64,000 nucleotides of DNA from Octopus bimaculoides (Eukaryota): NCBI RefSeq assembly GCF_001194135.2, contig NC_068983.1, forward strand, positions 50,449,833 to 50,513,832. The letters are read 5' to 3'. Position 1 is the stretch's first letter. Every line of letters starts with the position of its first letter. Made by a program: the position numbers and the translations under genes. This document shows positions 12,365-26,096 of the stretch, piece by piece. The notes below the pieces were generated by a model. It searched no databases. It was not told the DNA's origin and saw nothing but the letters and a program-made list of their open reading frames with translations.

Positions 12365-14424
12365 GATATCATTACTAAAATTTCTCTGGGTTTTATGTAT
12401 CTAATCTGTATTTAATAGCGGTGTACTTTATTTCTTATGCTCGAACTCATCTGCTCCAACTCGATACTCAATTAGTTTCTTCTTTTTTTTTTTGTACTTT
12501 AAGCCATTTCCCTTCACATCTGATTTATTTTCCTTCTTCATCCAAGTGATTCTTACTGCTAGCATATCTTTTTATTCTGCTTCGATTCCAATTATTGGAT
12601 CATAAATTTATATTTCAAAATACCTTGTTTTTTTTTTGTTATCCTTGAAAATCACATATTTTCACTTTTTCAAAAATATCCTGTCCATGCACAGAGTATT
12701 TACAATGAATTAATAAGAATTAATTAATTAAAGTTAATCAACTATATTATTCATATAATATTGTATCAGTTAGTATTCCCACCTAGAGATTATTAAATGC
12801 AATCGACCAATACTGCTGCAACATTCATACAACCACCGAGACAGCTAAAACCACAAAATGAAGCAATGACGTAAGACTACGCATCCATATTTTTTGCCAT
12901 ACAGATGCTATTCTTACAGGTTCACTTAGCCGTTGACAATCCGGCTTATCGTTAATTATTTATATTCATAAAGAAAGACTCCTTGTAATGAACCGTCATG
13001 ATTCTAGTAGCAATTGAGTAATCCAAATATATTAAATGTTTTTATAATCAGTTGCTTGTGGATCGCAATCTCTGTGGAAAAAAACACAAGGTGATTTTCA
13101 AAAAAGTCCATGAATGAAATCAATACCACATACCTTTTCGTATAATTGTTTAAAGAAAATTTGTCTAGAAAATTATTGGTAGTTATTTCAGCAGAAACAA
13201 TAGATACTTTTCTAAGACAACATTCGCAAACTCCTTAGAAAAAAAAAACCTCTATGCTAGAGAAATTATTCAAATCTAACTATAATTAGACTGCGCTATT
13301 GGAATTCTAGTGCACTAGCCAAAAGGAAAGCTATATATCCACATACAAACTGGAGTAGCTATTGTTTCACCCGTAAGCCAAACGGGAATCAATATCTATA
13401 AAACAAGTAATGCCAAAAACTGAAGACAGGCAAAATGGATTCCAAATACATAGACGATATGTTAGTTGGAGTGTAGAAATCAGAAATCAGTGAGACCTAG
13501 AGAACGTGTCAGAACTAAAATATAACACAGAAAACAATACTAATTTGACATCATTTCTAGATATAAACAATCAGTTATAAACTATCGGAATATTCCTTCA
13601 GGTTACATAAACAGGAAAAATGCATATACCTCCATTGAAATTTGAAATACCGACATAACATAAAAAAGCCTGTCGGTGACCCTCTGTTTGGAGAGTATTT
13701 GTGCTCTTTTACAAAAAAGAATCACGAAATAAACCATAGTAAAGAATAAATACCATAATATTAGACTGGTCTGCTGGTAAAAATAAACTGAAATACAATG
13801 CATTAAACAATAGTCCTAAAATGTATACACATTTTACAAATACAGAATTGTATATTTATGAAATACATATCCGGTACAATACAGAATAACAGTTAATGAA
13901 AAGTCACATAAAAGGAAATAGAATATGAATCACGACATACCAGAATTTGACCCTAGTAATAGATTACACAAATAATATGATCAACAACTTCCTTTTTAGC
14001 AATAAACCACAAGCATGTAAACAGGAGAACAAACAAACGAAACGAATATGAATTATGAAATTCCCTGCTAAAGTGGAATGGGCAAACTTTATAAATCCAG
14101 CTGTTACATTGACCACACAAGTACAATATATTCTCATAGGCTCAGCAAACATAAAAAGGAAGTAGCTAACGCATTCCACCACGCAGCAGATCAAAGCTAG
14201 TAGGGCAAATTAACCGACATTTCTTACATGCATTATACATTTCTCCACAGAAACAGATTGATTATAGAAGCAATACTAATATAATAATAAAAAAAAAAGA
14301 ATTAATATACTGCGTACGCTTTTCAGAAACAGAAATACGGATGATGTAAAGCCTTAATGCGCTCAAACGTTCAAATTCTAAAGGGGAGTCATTATAAGCT
14401 TAATCATCCTATTATAAATCAAAA

Positions 14425-14615
14425 TGTGGCAGAGAAGACAAAACTTCTCCTCATCCCATGGAAGCGACTGAATTACTGTACAGGCTTTTCCCTACAAAGC
14501 CTGCCGAAGTCAACTATACATTTTATTCTACTGGGTTCGCTAAAATACAGCAGTAATTATCGACTCTGGTCGACTTAATAAATATTTTCTCTCCCTTAGA
14601 ATTTCTAACTCTATG
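14425..14615 (+). mobile_element. SINE family A, highly degenerate
   Basis: ctgccgaagtcaactatacattttattctactgggttcgctaaaata...ctctggtcgactt...ctcccttagaatttc. Confidence 0.45.
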
Positions 14616-15294
14616 TCATTGTACGTTTTCACTGTTTCTCTTTTATAGAAATAGTAGGCGATGAAGAGAATTAATGCGAGCAACGAGTTACTGCCCATTT
14701 ACGTTCTGAGGTCGAATACCATAAAGGACAACATTTTGCAGACAGCTGAAAACGAGAAAGAACAGACAACTATTTACTTGAATCTTGGCAAGAGTCGTTT
14801 TTCTCTTTCCATAATAAACACGCACACATCATTTTACTATATTGTTTATGTGTCAAGACATATGGATCTGCAGCAGACCTGAATTAGTACATGACATTGG
14901 TGTGGTTGTGAATCGGAAAGAAAGGAACAATAAAAACATAACTGATGGCTTGATTAACCGATGGGCTAATCAAACAATCGATCAGTTATTTGGTAAACTA
15001 GCCAACCAACTGACAAACAATAAAAAGGGAAAAAAAATAAGCGCATATATTTATTATTGGCATATTTGCCTTCCTACAATGAACAAAATATGATTCAAAC
15101 GAGTTACCACCAATAATCTTGTAAACCAAATTCAGAGAAGTACTGATATTGAATTAATAGATTAAACTTTCACACATTTTCTAGATTAGCAACAGCAGTA
15201 GTTGTTGGCGAAATGCAATTTCTTTATAATTGCCTCCAGTTTAGTTAAAAAAAAAAACATTTTCTTTTTGAACGGGAATTGATTTAGAGTGTAT

Positions 15295-15430
15295 TCCATC
15301 GAGTACTTCATTGGTGCCTTACTTACAAGAGAAACCGAGTAAAGGTGTGATTGAACTCATAACGGAATGAGGTAAGAAATACCGCAACATAATGCTTTTC
15401 GATGCTCTAACGATTCGTCTGTCTACCGTT
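15295..15430 (-). mobile_element. SINE family A, degenerate
   Basis: attgaactcataacggaatgaggtaagaaataccgcaaca...gctctaacgattcgtctgtctaccg is the reverse complement of the family head. Confidence 0.55.
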
Positions 15431-17231
15431 ATAAGGGAAAAATCGAATAATACAATGAAATGTGTTCTTCGTCAACTGATATTATATGGATGGGAGAGAA
15501 GCGAGAGTGAAGCATTTTCGGAGACAGTATGACGCGTTGGACTAGCTGGTGCTTAGCGCTGGCTTCTGTAGCATTAAGAAGATAAGAGATAAATCCGTAA
15601 GGATATTAATCTAAAGTGGCTTAACTTTGCAAATTGCCTCTTGTATAATTTGTAGCTAGATAGACTGAAACAGATAGCGTTAGGTACATTGATATAATGA
15701 TGTAGAGACACAGGCTCTGACAGTTACATTTGCACATATATTTAAAATCACATTGGCAATGTATTCGCTTAATACGTACATATATTCAATAATTACACAT
15801 ACATGAAGTAAATTTAATGGACATTTTGCTACTATTCTTATTAATTGCCGTCATATTTTTTTTCCAATTACGTCTTGCCTCAGTTAAACTAATACTTACA
15901 TCGATAATTGCAGCTGAATTAATTCATATTCTGAACAATTATAATTATAAAACTTTTCACATGTTTAACACGTTCTTCTTTATAGTCATTTTCATCTTAC
16001 AGAAAATGAAGAAATTGAGCAAAAGATGGTAAGATGTTTTTCATCTTTCCTTTTCTTGTTTGCATAAATATTTAATATAGCAGAAATATATTTGTAACTT
16101 AGCTTCGGGCCGTCCTTTAATATAGTGTGATTTTCTGATACTTGGATTTTAATGCAGAAAGGACAAATCTGTCTACTTTTGTTTTGAGTGTCTAAGAGCT
16201 AATTGCTGAAGTTGATAACATTCTAATAAAATAAATAAAATTGTAATTGGACTACTATTTGTTGATAAGCGATAAAGTTGAGGATCATACGATGGATACT
16301 CTAAAATCAAGTTTATTTTTACTTAGTACAACTGCTGCTTTGATTCAGCACGCCTGCTCATGAAAGATTCGTAGGACACAATTTTATACCGTTATTTAAA
16401 TCATATACGTTACTTCAAACTGATGTAGAACAGTCTTTTCAGGCCTACAGTCTCTAAACTGCATGCCACGATATATTCTTCTAAACACAGGAACCTATGT
16501 ATACATGAACATTCTCTGAAAGAAATCTTGTCAAAGACAAAATATTTTGTCTTGATACAACATCGAAATTGTGCCATTGCTCTCATTGCAACTAGAAGGA
16601 AACTTTACAGAAAAAAAAATACAGTAAGTAACCATGCCTCAAAACTCTACCAATTCTGCTAATACACCCACCCAACATTTAATTCGGTGATTATCATTCT
16701 AGAGTTAAGAAAATACTAAATTTATATAATCGTAATTTGAACTCAGGGTTAAAAAAAACGGATAATACCACACCGTAACCTAAATGTTTTAGCTGGCATC
16801 ACATTTGATGGGCTGTCATAGGCAAGTAAAAGTAAGTACCCTGTATGTCGTTCAAAGAAACTTTCGACTGCAACAACTGCAACAACACTAAACATTAATA
16901 CTTTCTCTCGATGAACTCTCTTACTATTTGGTCGATTATTTTTCTTTTATCCCATGTCTATTTCGTCTCTTGCTTGCGGGCATCGTATTCCAGAACAAAT
17001 TACTTCAATAGATTTATGCTATCATCCACTGAAAAAAGGTAGGATGTCATTCAAAGGAAATCTGGTTGAGATTTCTAAAAGTTTAAACCTGCAGATGATT
17101 TCTCCGTCTCCAGTGGTTTGAATAAAAGAACTACTTTACTCAAGAAATTCAATTGTGTAAAGTATCTGTGATTCACATCAACGAGCGTTCAGACCAAAAC
17201 TTTGGCAACGTAGCACCAGGTCATTCACCTG

Positions 17232-17274
<43 letters not shown>

Positions 17275-17789
17275 NNNNNNNNNNATACATCTGTATATGA
17301 TTACTTATATGCATTTATGTATTTGGTAAAACATGACTATCCGGAAGTATAACAATATATTTCATATATATGTGCGTGAGTATGTGTGTATGTTTGTGTG
17401 TGTGTGTGTGTGTGAGTGCACGTGCGCGTGTGTAACAAGTGAGCTTTTGCTTATTGAGTTGTTAAACTTTACTTTATAAACCAACAATTTGACGAATTAT
17501 GCGTTATACACAGGGATTGAAAGATATTCAAATATATAGATATAAAATATCAAGAGTTCTCATGCTGTCTTATATTTGAAAGCAAATTGAAGAATATGCG
17601 AAACTAATTATTAATAATTATCTACCTCTAGCCGTGTTGTATTGAAGTGTCATTAATCTGACAGTTATATTAATTATTACACAATAATCAAATATGTTAC
17701 GAGGAAATTCTCCGTTAATATTATTAAATTTGGAATATCTGAATTAACAAACCACCAGCTTCTAATTAGTCGAACTGATTTTAGTCTGA

Positions 17790-18170
17790 AGGGGTTTTAT
17801 TGGCAGAATCGTTCGAGATTCGGATAGAATGGGTCGTAATATTTGTACTGTCTGAAGGCTGTTAGAAGGTAGAATCGTTAGCTGGCCGGGCGAAATATTT
17901 AGCTGCATTTCGCCTGTCTTTACGGTCCGAGTTCAAATTCCGCAGCAGTCGACTTTTTTCCTTTTACCCTTTCGGGGTCGGTGGATTTAATCGACTACAC
18001 CTTCCTCAAAATATCTGGCTTTGTGCCGAAAGGTGAAACGAATATTTGTACTGCATAAAGCAGCGAGCTGGCAGAACCGTTAGGCTGATGAGCAAAATCC
18101 GTAGCGGCATATCATCCATTTTATGCAGTCGACTTAGTCTTTAAATCCTTTCGAGTTCCATAAGATAAAT
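17790..18170 (+). mobile_element. Cluster of three SINE family A pieces in tandem
   Basis: Three heads (tggcagaatcgtt, aggtagaatcgttagc, ctggcagaaccgttagg); the middle copy is flanked by a perfect 13-bp direct repeat aatatttgtactg (17838-17850, 18041-18053). Confidence 0.8.
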
Positions 18171-20242
18171 ATCATCTAAACAATGGTAATTGAAATAGTC
18201 CTTACTACGAAATTATTTGCCTCCTTCCAAATTTATAGTTAATATTCATATTGTCTCTTTCCTTCATTGAATATCTGACAATCACATAAGTATAGATCTT
18301 CAGTTGGTACGGATTGGTACGGATTGGTACAGATTCTGATATCAACCACGATGTATGAAGATTCACTACCCTTTATTGTCATCCGTATGCCAGATAAGAT
18401 AGCAAAACTATTCCTTTGTCAAAATCGTACGGCATAATACTTAATTTATTACCCTATATTATGTGTTAAAGCGTAAACAGATATGGTTTACTATATCCTA
18501 ATGGATAGAAATGACTCGCAGCGTTGCTATCAAGAACATTTAGCTGACATCTTTGCATGATACATATAATATAGTAATTTTTATTGACATTTTTGCTTTA
18601 CACACAATCCAGTTAAAAAGAAGGTTGTTCGACTTTATATATATATATATATATATATATNNNNNNNNNNNNNNNNNNNNNNNNNNNNNNNNNNNNNNNN
18701 NNNNNNNNNNNNNNNNNNNNNNNNNNNNNNNNNNNNNNNNNNNNNNNNNNNNNNNNNNNNNNNNNNNNNNNNNNNNNNNNNNNNNNNNNNNNNNNNNNNN
18801 NNNNNNNNNNNNNNNNNNNNNNNNNNNNNNNNNNNNNNNNNNNNNNNNNNNNNNNNNNNNNNNNNNNNNNNNNNNNNNNNNNNNNNNNNNNNNNNNNNNN
18901 NNNNNNNNNNNNNNNNNNNNNNNNNNNNNNNNNNNNNNNNNNNNNNNNNNNNNNNNNNNNNNNNNNNNNNNNNNNNNNNNNNNNNNNNNNNNNNNNNNNN
19001 NNNNNNNNNNNNNNNNNNNNNNNNNNNNNNNNNNNNNNNNNNNNNNNNNNNNNNNNNNNNNNNNNNNNNNNNNNNNNNNNNNNNNNNATATATATATATA
19101 TACATAAATATATATACACGAGTATATATACATATAAACATAATTACGCGCACACACGCACACACTCACACTCACACACACATACACACACACATATACA
19201 TGTACAATAATCAATAGATATTCCTATAACTGAAAAATAGAATTCCAGTCTTAAATTGGAACAATTTAACATTGCCTCTCTCACATTTAAAATTTCCAGC
19301 ACCATCTGCTCATATTTTGCTTGCGTTTATTAAGATCAAAACACATCGTTGGAGGCGTGGAATAAAAATATATTCTGACAGCCCACTCCTTTCTGTATAA
19401 TTCCTAATTATTTACTTTACCTAATAACACTTGTCTGATAGTCTCTTCTGCCTTATTGCATCAGATTCACTTACACAATGATCGTTTCTTGTCATCATCA
19501 ACTGTAAATGAAATAAATTGGCTAGTTACATCAAGAACGCAAACCACGGAAATATATTTTCGGGTTTTGGATTAGTCGATAAGTAAAGCATGCAGTAATT
19601 TATTTGTTGAAGCTGTTTGTATTTTGAATTGATAAGATAGACTGACAAATCGAATTAATCTGAGGTATTTGTAGCTTCAGAATCATGGATAAATATACAT
19701 TTCTCTAATTAATCTTTAAGTTGACTTATTTGTAGAACTTCATAAGGCTCTAACGTTACTCATATCTATATTTACTAAAATTGTTTTGAGGTTTTTGAAG
19801 CTTTAGCCAGAGTTAAGCCAATATAAGAATGTTGAACATACGACACTGTAAAGACTTCAATTATCTGGTGTTTTGTAAACTATTAATGAAAAAGACATAC
19901 TTAAGGAATTCANNNNNNNNNNNNNNNNNNNNNNNNNNNNNNNNNNNNNNNNNNNNNNNNNNNNNNNNNNNNNNNNNNNNNNNNNNNNNNNNNNNNNNNN
20001 NNNNNNNNNNNNNNNNNNNNNNNNNNNNNNNNNNNNNNNNNNNNNNNNNNNNNNNNNNNNNNNNNNNNNNNNNNNNNNNNNNNNNNNNNNNNNNNNNNNN
20101 NNNNNNNNNNNNNNNNNNNNNNNNNNNNNNNNNNNNNNNNNNNNNNNNNNNNNNNNNNNNNNNNNNNNNNNNNNNNNNNNNNNNNNNNNNNNNNNNNNNN
20201 NNNNNNNNNNNNNNNNNNNNNNNNNNNNNNNNNNNNNNNNNN

Positions 20243-20277
<35 letters not shown>

Positions 20278-23200
20278 GCGTCCATCTGTTCTAATCTAAT
20301 TAAATTCTATGTCTCTGTGCAGCTGAAGATTGCTCTGCATTTTACATTGATGTAATGGTTGCATTGTTCAATTAAATGAAGCTCCGTGAAACGATCGTAC
20401 TGCATTACCTTTGGATATCCTTCTTGCTTATTTTTTTTTATATGCGTTTGTGTTTTTGTGTGTGTATGTGTATTCACATAATTATAAATTGAAAATGATT
20501 CATTCCCCCTATATTTATTTACTAAATTATCAACAACACAATCGATAGGGATTTAGGGAAAATAAAATTATAGCAATGACAATGTTTTAAGTTAAACTAA
20601 CTATTCGATAGAGAATTGGTTAACCGATGTGCGTTGATGTATATTTCTTGAGTGCATCTTTAACTTGCAAACGTGAGTCTGAAAATATCTAGCGAATAAA
20701 ACCTAGAATGGAATAAATATATCGTTACAATGAGAACATTCAGAAATTCTGAAAGATGCATACGTAATCTCGTACATCGAAACTGTGATGGATCTATTGT
20801 TCTTGCCCAGTGTTGATAAAATGATTCAATTAAATTGTTTAGTAAAAATAACCTGATGTTATGCAAACGTACAAAATTGTATCACAAAATTCTTGGCGTG
20901 GTGTGTAGGAAGTAAGAAGAAAGGAACTATACCGAGCTCCGTGTGATAAAGCCTGGAATTCATTGAAATAATATCCGTTTATAATTACTGTTCCAATAGA
21001 ATTGCAATTATCTTTATTTCTATTTTGTCTACTATACAATTGTAAACAGAATATTCATATGATATTGAATTTAGGATGAGACATTTATCGAAGTTCAAGA
21101 TGATCAAGTTTAGAAATATAATACAAATATTATTCAGAATTTACTGTCACCTGATATCATGAAGAAATGGCTGCTATTTCGACCAACTACATAGTAGTTG
21201 CTCCCAGAATTGCTAAATGGATTACGTTTAGCAACCGGTAAACTATAACTGAATGAACATGTACTGAAATATGCTCTGACACTGTCAATCCTATTTGACT
21301 AGGATTTGTGGAAGTAAACGGTGTGTACTCTCTCTATTTCAGAATGTGCAATAAATGATTCTGTTTTTTTAACTCCAGATCGCTCTTTCACATATTGACT
21401 AAAATGCGTTAGTTCATATGTAAATAATCTTTCATTGTCTTAAAGATATATTCTATCTAACATTACATCTGCATATAATTTGAAGATTATGTTGCGTTTA
21501 AAATTCCATATGAATCGAAATGAAACAACCTTAGGTCTCCATTTGTATTTTCTGTATCGTAAGCCAATAAGATAAAATAAAATACGAAAAATAAATAAAT
21601 AAATAAAACATCCCAGTTTCTTTCGGAAATGATTCTGCAATGAAACTATTTGGCTAAAAAAAACAGCTATAATTATAATTTTACTTCATTTTATGCAAAG
21701 CAATACTAAAGCAATTTTCACACTTTAAACAATTTGCTCCAAAGTCAAACCAGGACATAAGGTCAAACAAAAATACACCTTTTGTGAGACTTAAATGTAG
21801 TGTGTGCACAAAGGTCCTGACGTGGCTGGTACAAATAAGTAGCATATCTGCATTTAGCTCGAGAAAGTGCTTCAGAAACAATCGTCTATTCAGCAAAAAC
21901 ATTTATGCTCTAAATTCTGTGGATTTACGTAATACTATAATTTAGTATAGGATGATATAAATTAAAGAATATTTTAGTCGTATTTCTGCCTTCACAAGTG
22001 ACTGCCTTAATCTCTTTATTAGGTGCAGTTGTTAATGCAATCGTTAATTTTAGGTATTGATATTCCTGTCAGACAGAATACTTGTTAGTTTGCATGTTAT
22101 ATTTGTAGCTGATGTTATGCTGTTGGAGAATTTAATGAGAGTGTCTAGAGTAGCAGATGGATGAGTTGAATGCTAATGAATAGTAGACGATTGTCCATTT
22201 TCCACAACTGTCTTTTGGAGTCAGTTTGCTGAATACGTGCCTCTCAAGAGCTCAGTCTTCTTGCCGCCATCTAGATAGCATAATTACTATTCCTATGTGG
22301 CGTTTACAGAATAAATTTATGTCAGTCATACGTTTATATTCTTATATGCTAATTTATTTTTGTAACGCTGTTATGCGATCCTAGTGACGTAGAAGCCATT
22401 CAAACGTACTCAACTCTGAGGATGTACGATATAATACAATAAATAAAAAGTTTCCATACTAGAACCTGCATTATTTAAAATACATGAATTGTTTATTGGT
22501 GGACTCGACGCAATATCTGAAAAATTTGAGGCATCGTCAGGGCTGGGCTGGAATGGCCACAATGACGCTAGTTAAGGTGATCAAAGATGATATTTTACAT
22601 TTCAGAAATAAAATCTACCGTGAATCGATTAAACATCTGTCGAAAGAAGATATCTCTAATCTGCGAACCTGCCAAATATTACAGTAATATCCCTGTCATA
22701 TAAAAAGCTACATTCTTAAAACGTATGAACAAGACATAGATTGTTGAGATTCATGGTGCAAGGTCCGACAGATATAGATCCGATCATAATGTTTTACTCC
22801 ATCACAGATGACATGTGTCAAACACCGTCAACAAGAACGCCAATAAAACCAGGATATTTTAAACATTATATTAATGCTTATATAAAACAATTGAAGTATT
22901 AATATGAAAAAAAAAACTATCCTTTCTTGGGGAAGCGTCATCTCTTAGCAGTAACGAACTTAAAGCTTGTCATGAGTGTGAATGTTATTATTAGTGATTG
23001 TTGCTATTGGTTATGAGGTTAAGATTCAGTCGCATTTTCTCCTGCATTGGCGATAATAATAATGTATTTCCCTGTTGATATTAATGGCCATATTATCATT
23101 GTTGTTGTGATAGCAGTAGAACTAACAACTTCAGTACCTATTTTTATATTCGGTGGTGTTGTTTGCAGTGTCAGTAATGGTGCTTACGGCAGAGATAAAT

Positions 23201-25528
23201 ATTTTGCGCCTTAGAAAAAGAAATATTGATGAGCAATAACACCGAAATCATCTCGCCTCCGTAGATATCCAGCGATGATTTACAAGCTTTTTCCTTCTTT
23301 AGTATTTGCGAAAAATAAATTGTCTGTCTTAGCTGTTTGGCTGCTAAGTGTCATTTCTATTTCCATACAAATTAATTCAGTTCATTCTAGGTCACACTAT
23401 TTATGACTGCAGTCTATTGGATCCATCTATTTATGGAATACTTGCATCCAATAATGCAATAATACGCGGTGGATTATCAGTAGTGGTGGATGGACAAGGA
23501 ATGGACAATATAACTATGTACTGACAAACCAAGAAAATATGCAAGCAATAAAAACAATCTCGACCAATTCCAAAACGTCTACGTCATGTCCAGAAAAAAA
23601 TTTACATTTCATGATAAATAATTACGATGCCTAACTGTAGCGCTGGGCTATATTAAGATTAAGGGAAAACATAAATTAACCGACCGAATGTTTTGTTTTT
23701 AGTCGCTTGTTTTCGTAAAAGGAACTGTGGTTATATGCATTCGCAGAACAACCGGTATTGGCATACTAACAAAAGTAGTAGAAAACGCATGTGCATATGG
23801 TAAAAAAAAAGTCAGCTTGCAGTGGTTAGGACATGGATCGGTAACTTGGAGTGTCAACAGGGAACAGATGAATGAGTCAGAAGCGTCTGAGTGGAAAAAA
23901 ACACGGGATCATGCAACTGTAAAGCAGTGGTAGAATATAATGTTTGAAGTGCTGAAATGGAGTGACGAAGGAAATGGGTTCATCCGTTGGCTAAATATTG
24001 TTTTTGTGTTCTGATTACCTTCATATTCTAATAAGTTAGGTTTCTTTTGATGTACCCTTTTATACATGTTTAGCAGTATAGTACTGTCCTAGATATCGGA
24101 CCAGTATTCAATATTAGGTCATACCTGATTTTTTCAAAAGAATTAAAAAACTTGGCGAGAGAAAGATAGTTTTAGCTCTGAAAAGTAAGATTAATTTCTG
24201 ATTGTATTAGCTATGTAACCTTCATAGGAAAAAAATAAACGCACACAGAAACATTTGCGGAGCACGGTGACAAATAGCGTAGGATTGAATTTGACTTGTA
24301 CCGTTGTTTTCTTAATTGTCCATCATTATTTTTTCAATCGTGATTTGAAGGTTTCATAAATTATGCGTAGAAGACATTTACGTTAATGCTATTTCTTTCA
24401 CTTTGATGATATTTTGCTAAACGTTTGACGATTGATATTTAATATACTGACGTTTTATACTTTTGGCATAATTGCTTCAGTAAATGACAAATGTTATGAA
24501 TAGATTAACATCCTAATGAAATCATTCTAGAAAAGCAAAACAAAAACGTTAATATATATGTTGTCTGCATTCACATTCACAAACAATGATGTAAAATGCT
24601 TCCAATTTGAAAAAAATAAAATTAACACAATCCATAACATCAGCTCGTATACTGCAATAGTATATTCTCTGAATAAGAATTGTTTGATTTTCTGTTAACA
24701 TAGTATAAAGTCAAATTGTATATCATGTATTGTGTTCTTTAGTAGGCAGGAAATTTATAATAGTTTGGTAATTTGAATAACGATTTGTAGCATATCTTCG
24801 TCTGAAAATATATTGAATTGAGTTTAGGCATAAGAATTATATAGCAATGCTATAAAAAATATAACAAAGTAAGTTTTAATTTTTATTGAAGTTGGATAAT
24901 GAAAGTAGAAATCAATTATTTATCTTAAGCTTTCAATGATTCCTGAAAACAGGTAATACATTGCTATTTACAATTTTATCAGGATATGTTTTTGTCCATA
25001 AAAACGGTTTTCTTTAATGGAATAGAAATTTAGATAAATAAGTAGTATGATTGAAATAGTAAGTAGTTTTAGTTTTCAATCCTAAAGATTTAGTAAGATT
25101 CCTACAGCTTACATTGATATATCGTATATTCTATGAATTTCTTTTATTTTCGTTGAATTCAGCTAAAGAAAACGGTTGTCCGCACTGGTAATTTTGGACT
25201 TCAGTACCGCTTCAGTCCGATGTGAATCTTAGTGTTATACAATTTGTGGTAAAACATTTCCTGTGACAATCCTGTGTCTCAGTATATATGATTTCTGATA
25301 ACACATTTCCTGTGACAATCCTGTCGGTTTAGTTAACATATATCTAGGTAATTCTTTCAATCGCTACATAAGAAACGTTTAGTTTCAAATGCACTGCTTG
25401 ATCGACTCCATTAGAGAAATCTGATGTCATATATTGCCGTGGGCGTTCCACTAAATTCGTTTAATGAAAGTTAGCGTTAGCATTAAAAAACGCGATATTG
25501 TCTCTTTCTTTTCTTTTCTTTCATCTCC

Positions 25529-25583
<55 letters not shown>

Positions 25584-26018
25584 TACTTAATGTACACATA
25601 TGTTATCAAGCGATTTATATGAAATGTATACGTTTAATCTTGGCAAATGTAATAATATATTACTCGCTTTCATTATAATATATAATTTATATTGTATGGC
25701 GATGCATATGATCTATTACTTTACTAGTATATAGAGCAGGGATTAAAAGAAAATGGTATTGTTAAAAATACTAATTACATGTTACAGTTAGCTTGTCTGT
25801 ATAATTTAATGAAAGTAACTCCATACAATAACCGCACTTGATATTTCATTAACTACCATCATTGCTAATGCATTTCTGTTAATGTTGCTTTGTTATGTAT
25901 GTCATTAAACTCCTTTCGTGTTAATTAATTGGATTGTACCATTTTCCACATGCCTGTTTTAAAAATAACAAATACACTTGCCAGCGCCTACGATGTGCGT
26001 CTAAACTCACTTCAATTA

Positions 26019-26096
26019 AAGTTACTACGAGTCTTCGTTATGTAGGTCACTAGAAGTTACTACGAGTCTTCGTTATGTAGGTCACTAGAAGTTACT
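26019..26096. repeat. 35-bp tandem duplication (2.2 copies)
   Basis: aagttactacgagtcttcgttatgtaggtcactag repeated exactly at 26019 and 26054, partial at 26089. Confidence 0.95.

Noticed and set aside
18304-18335. ttggtacgga x3; also gttgagtagc-type 11-mers at 30121-30163 and a 23-bp duplication at 47628-47673
   Set aside because: Short slippage minisatellites with no spacers or associated genes; not CRISPR or an iteron array.
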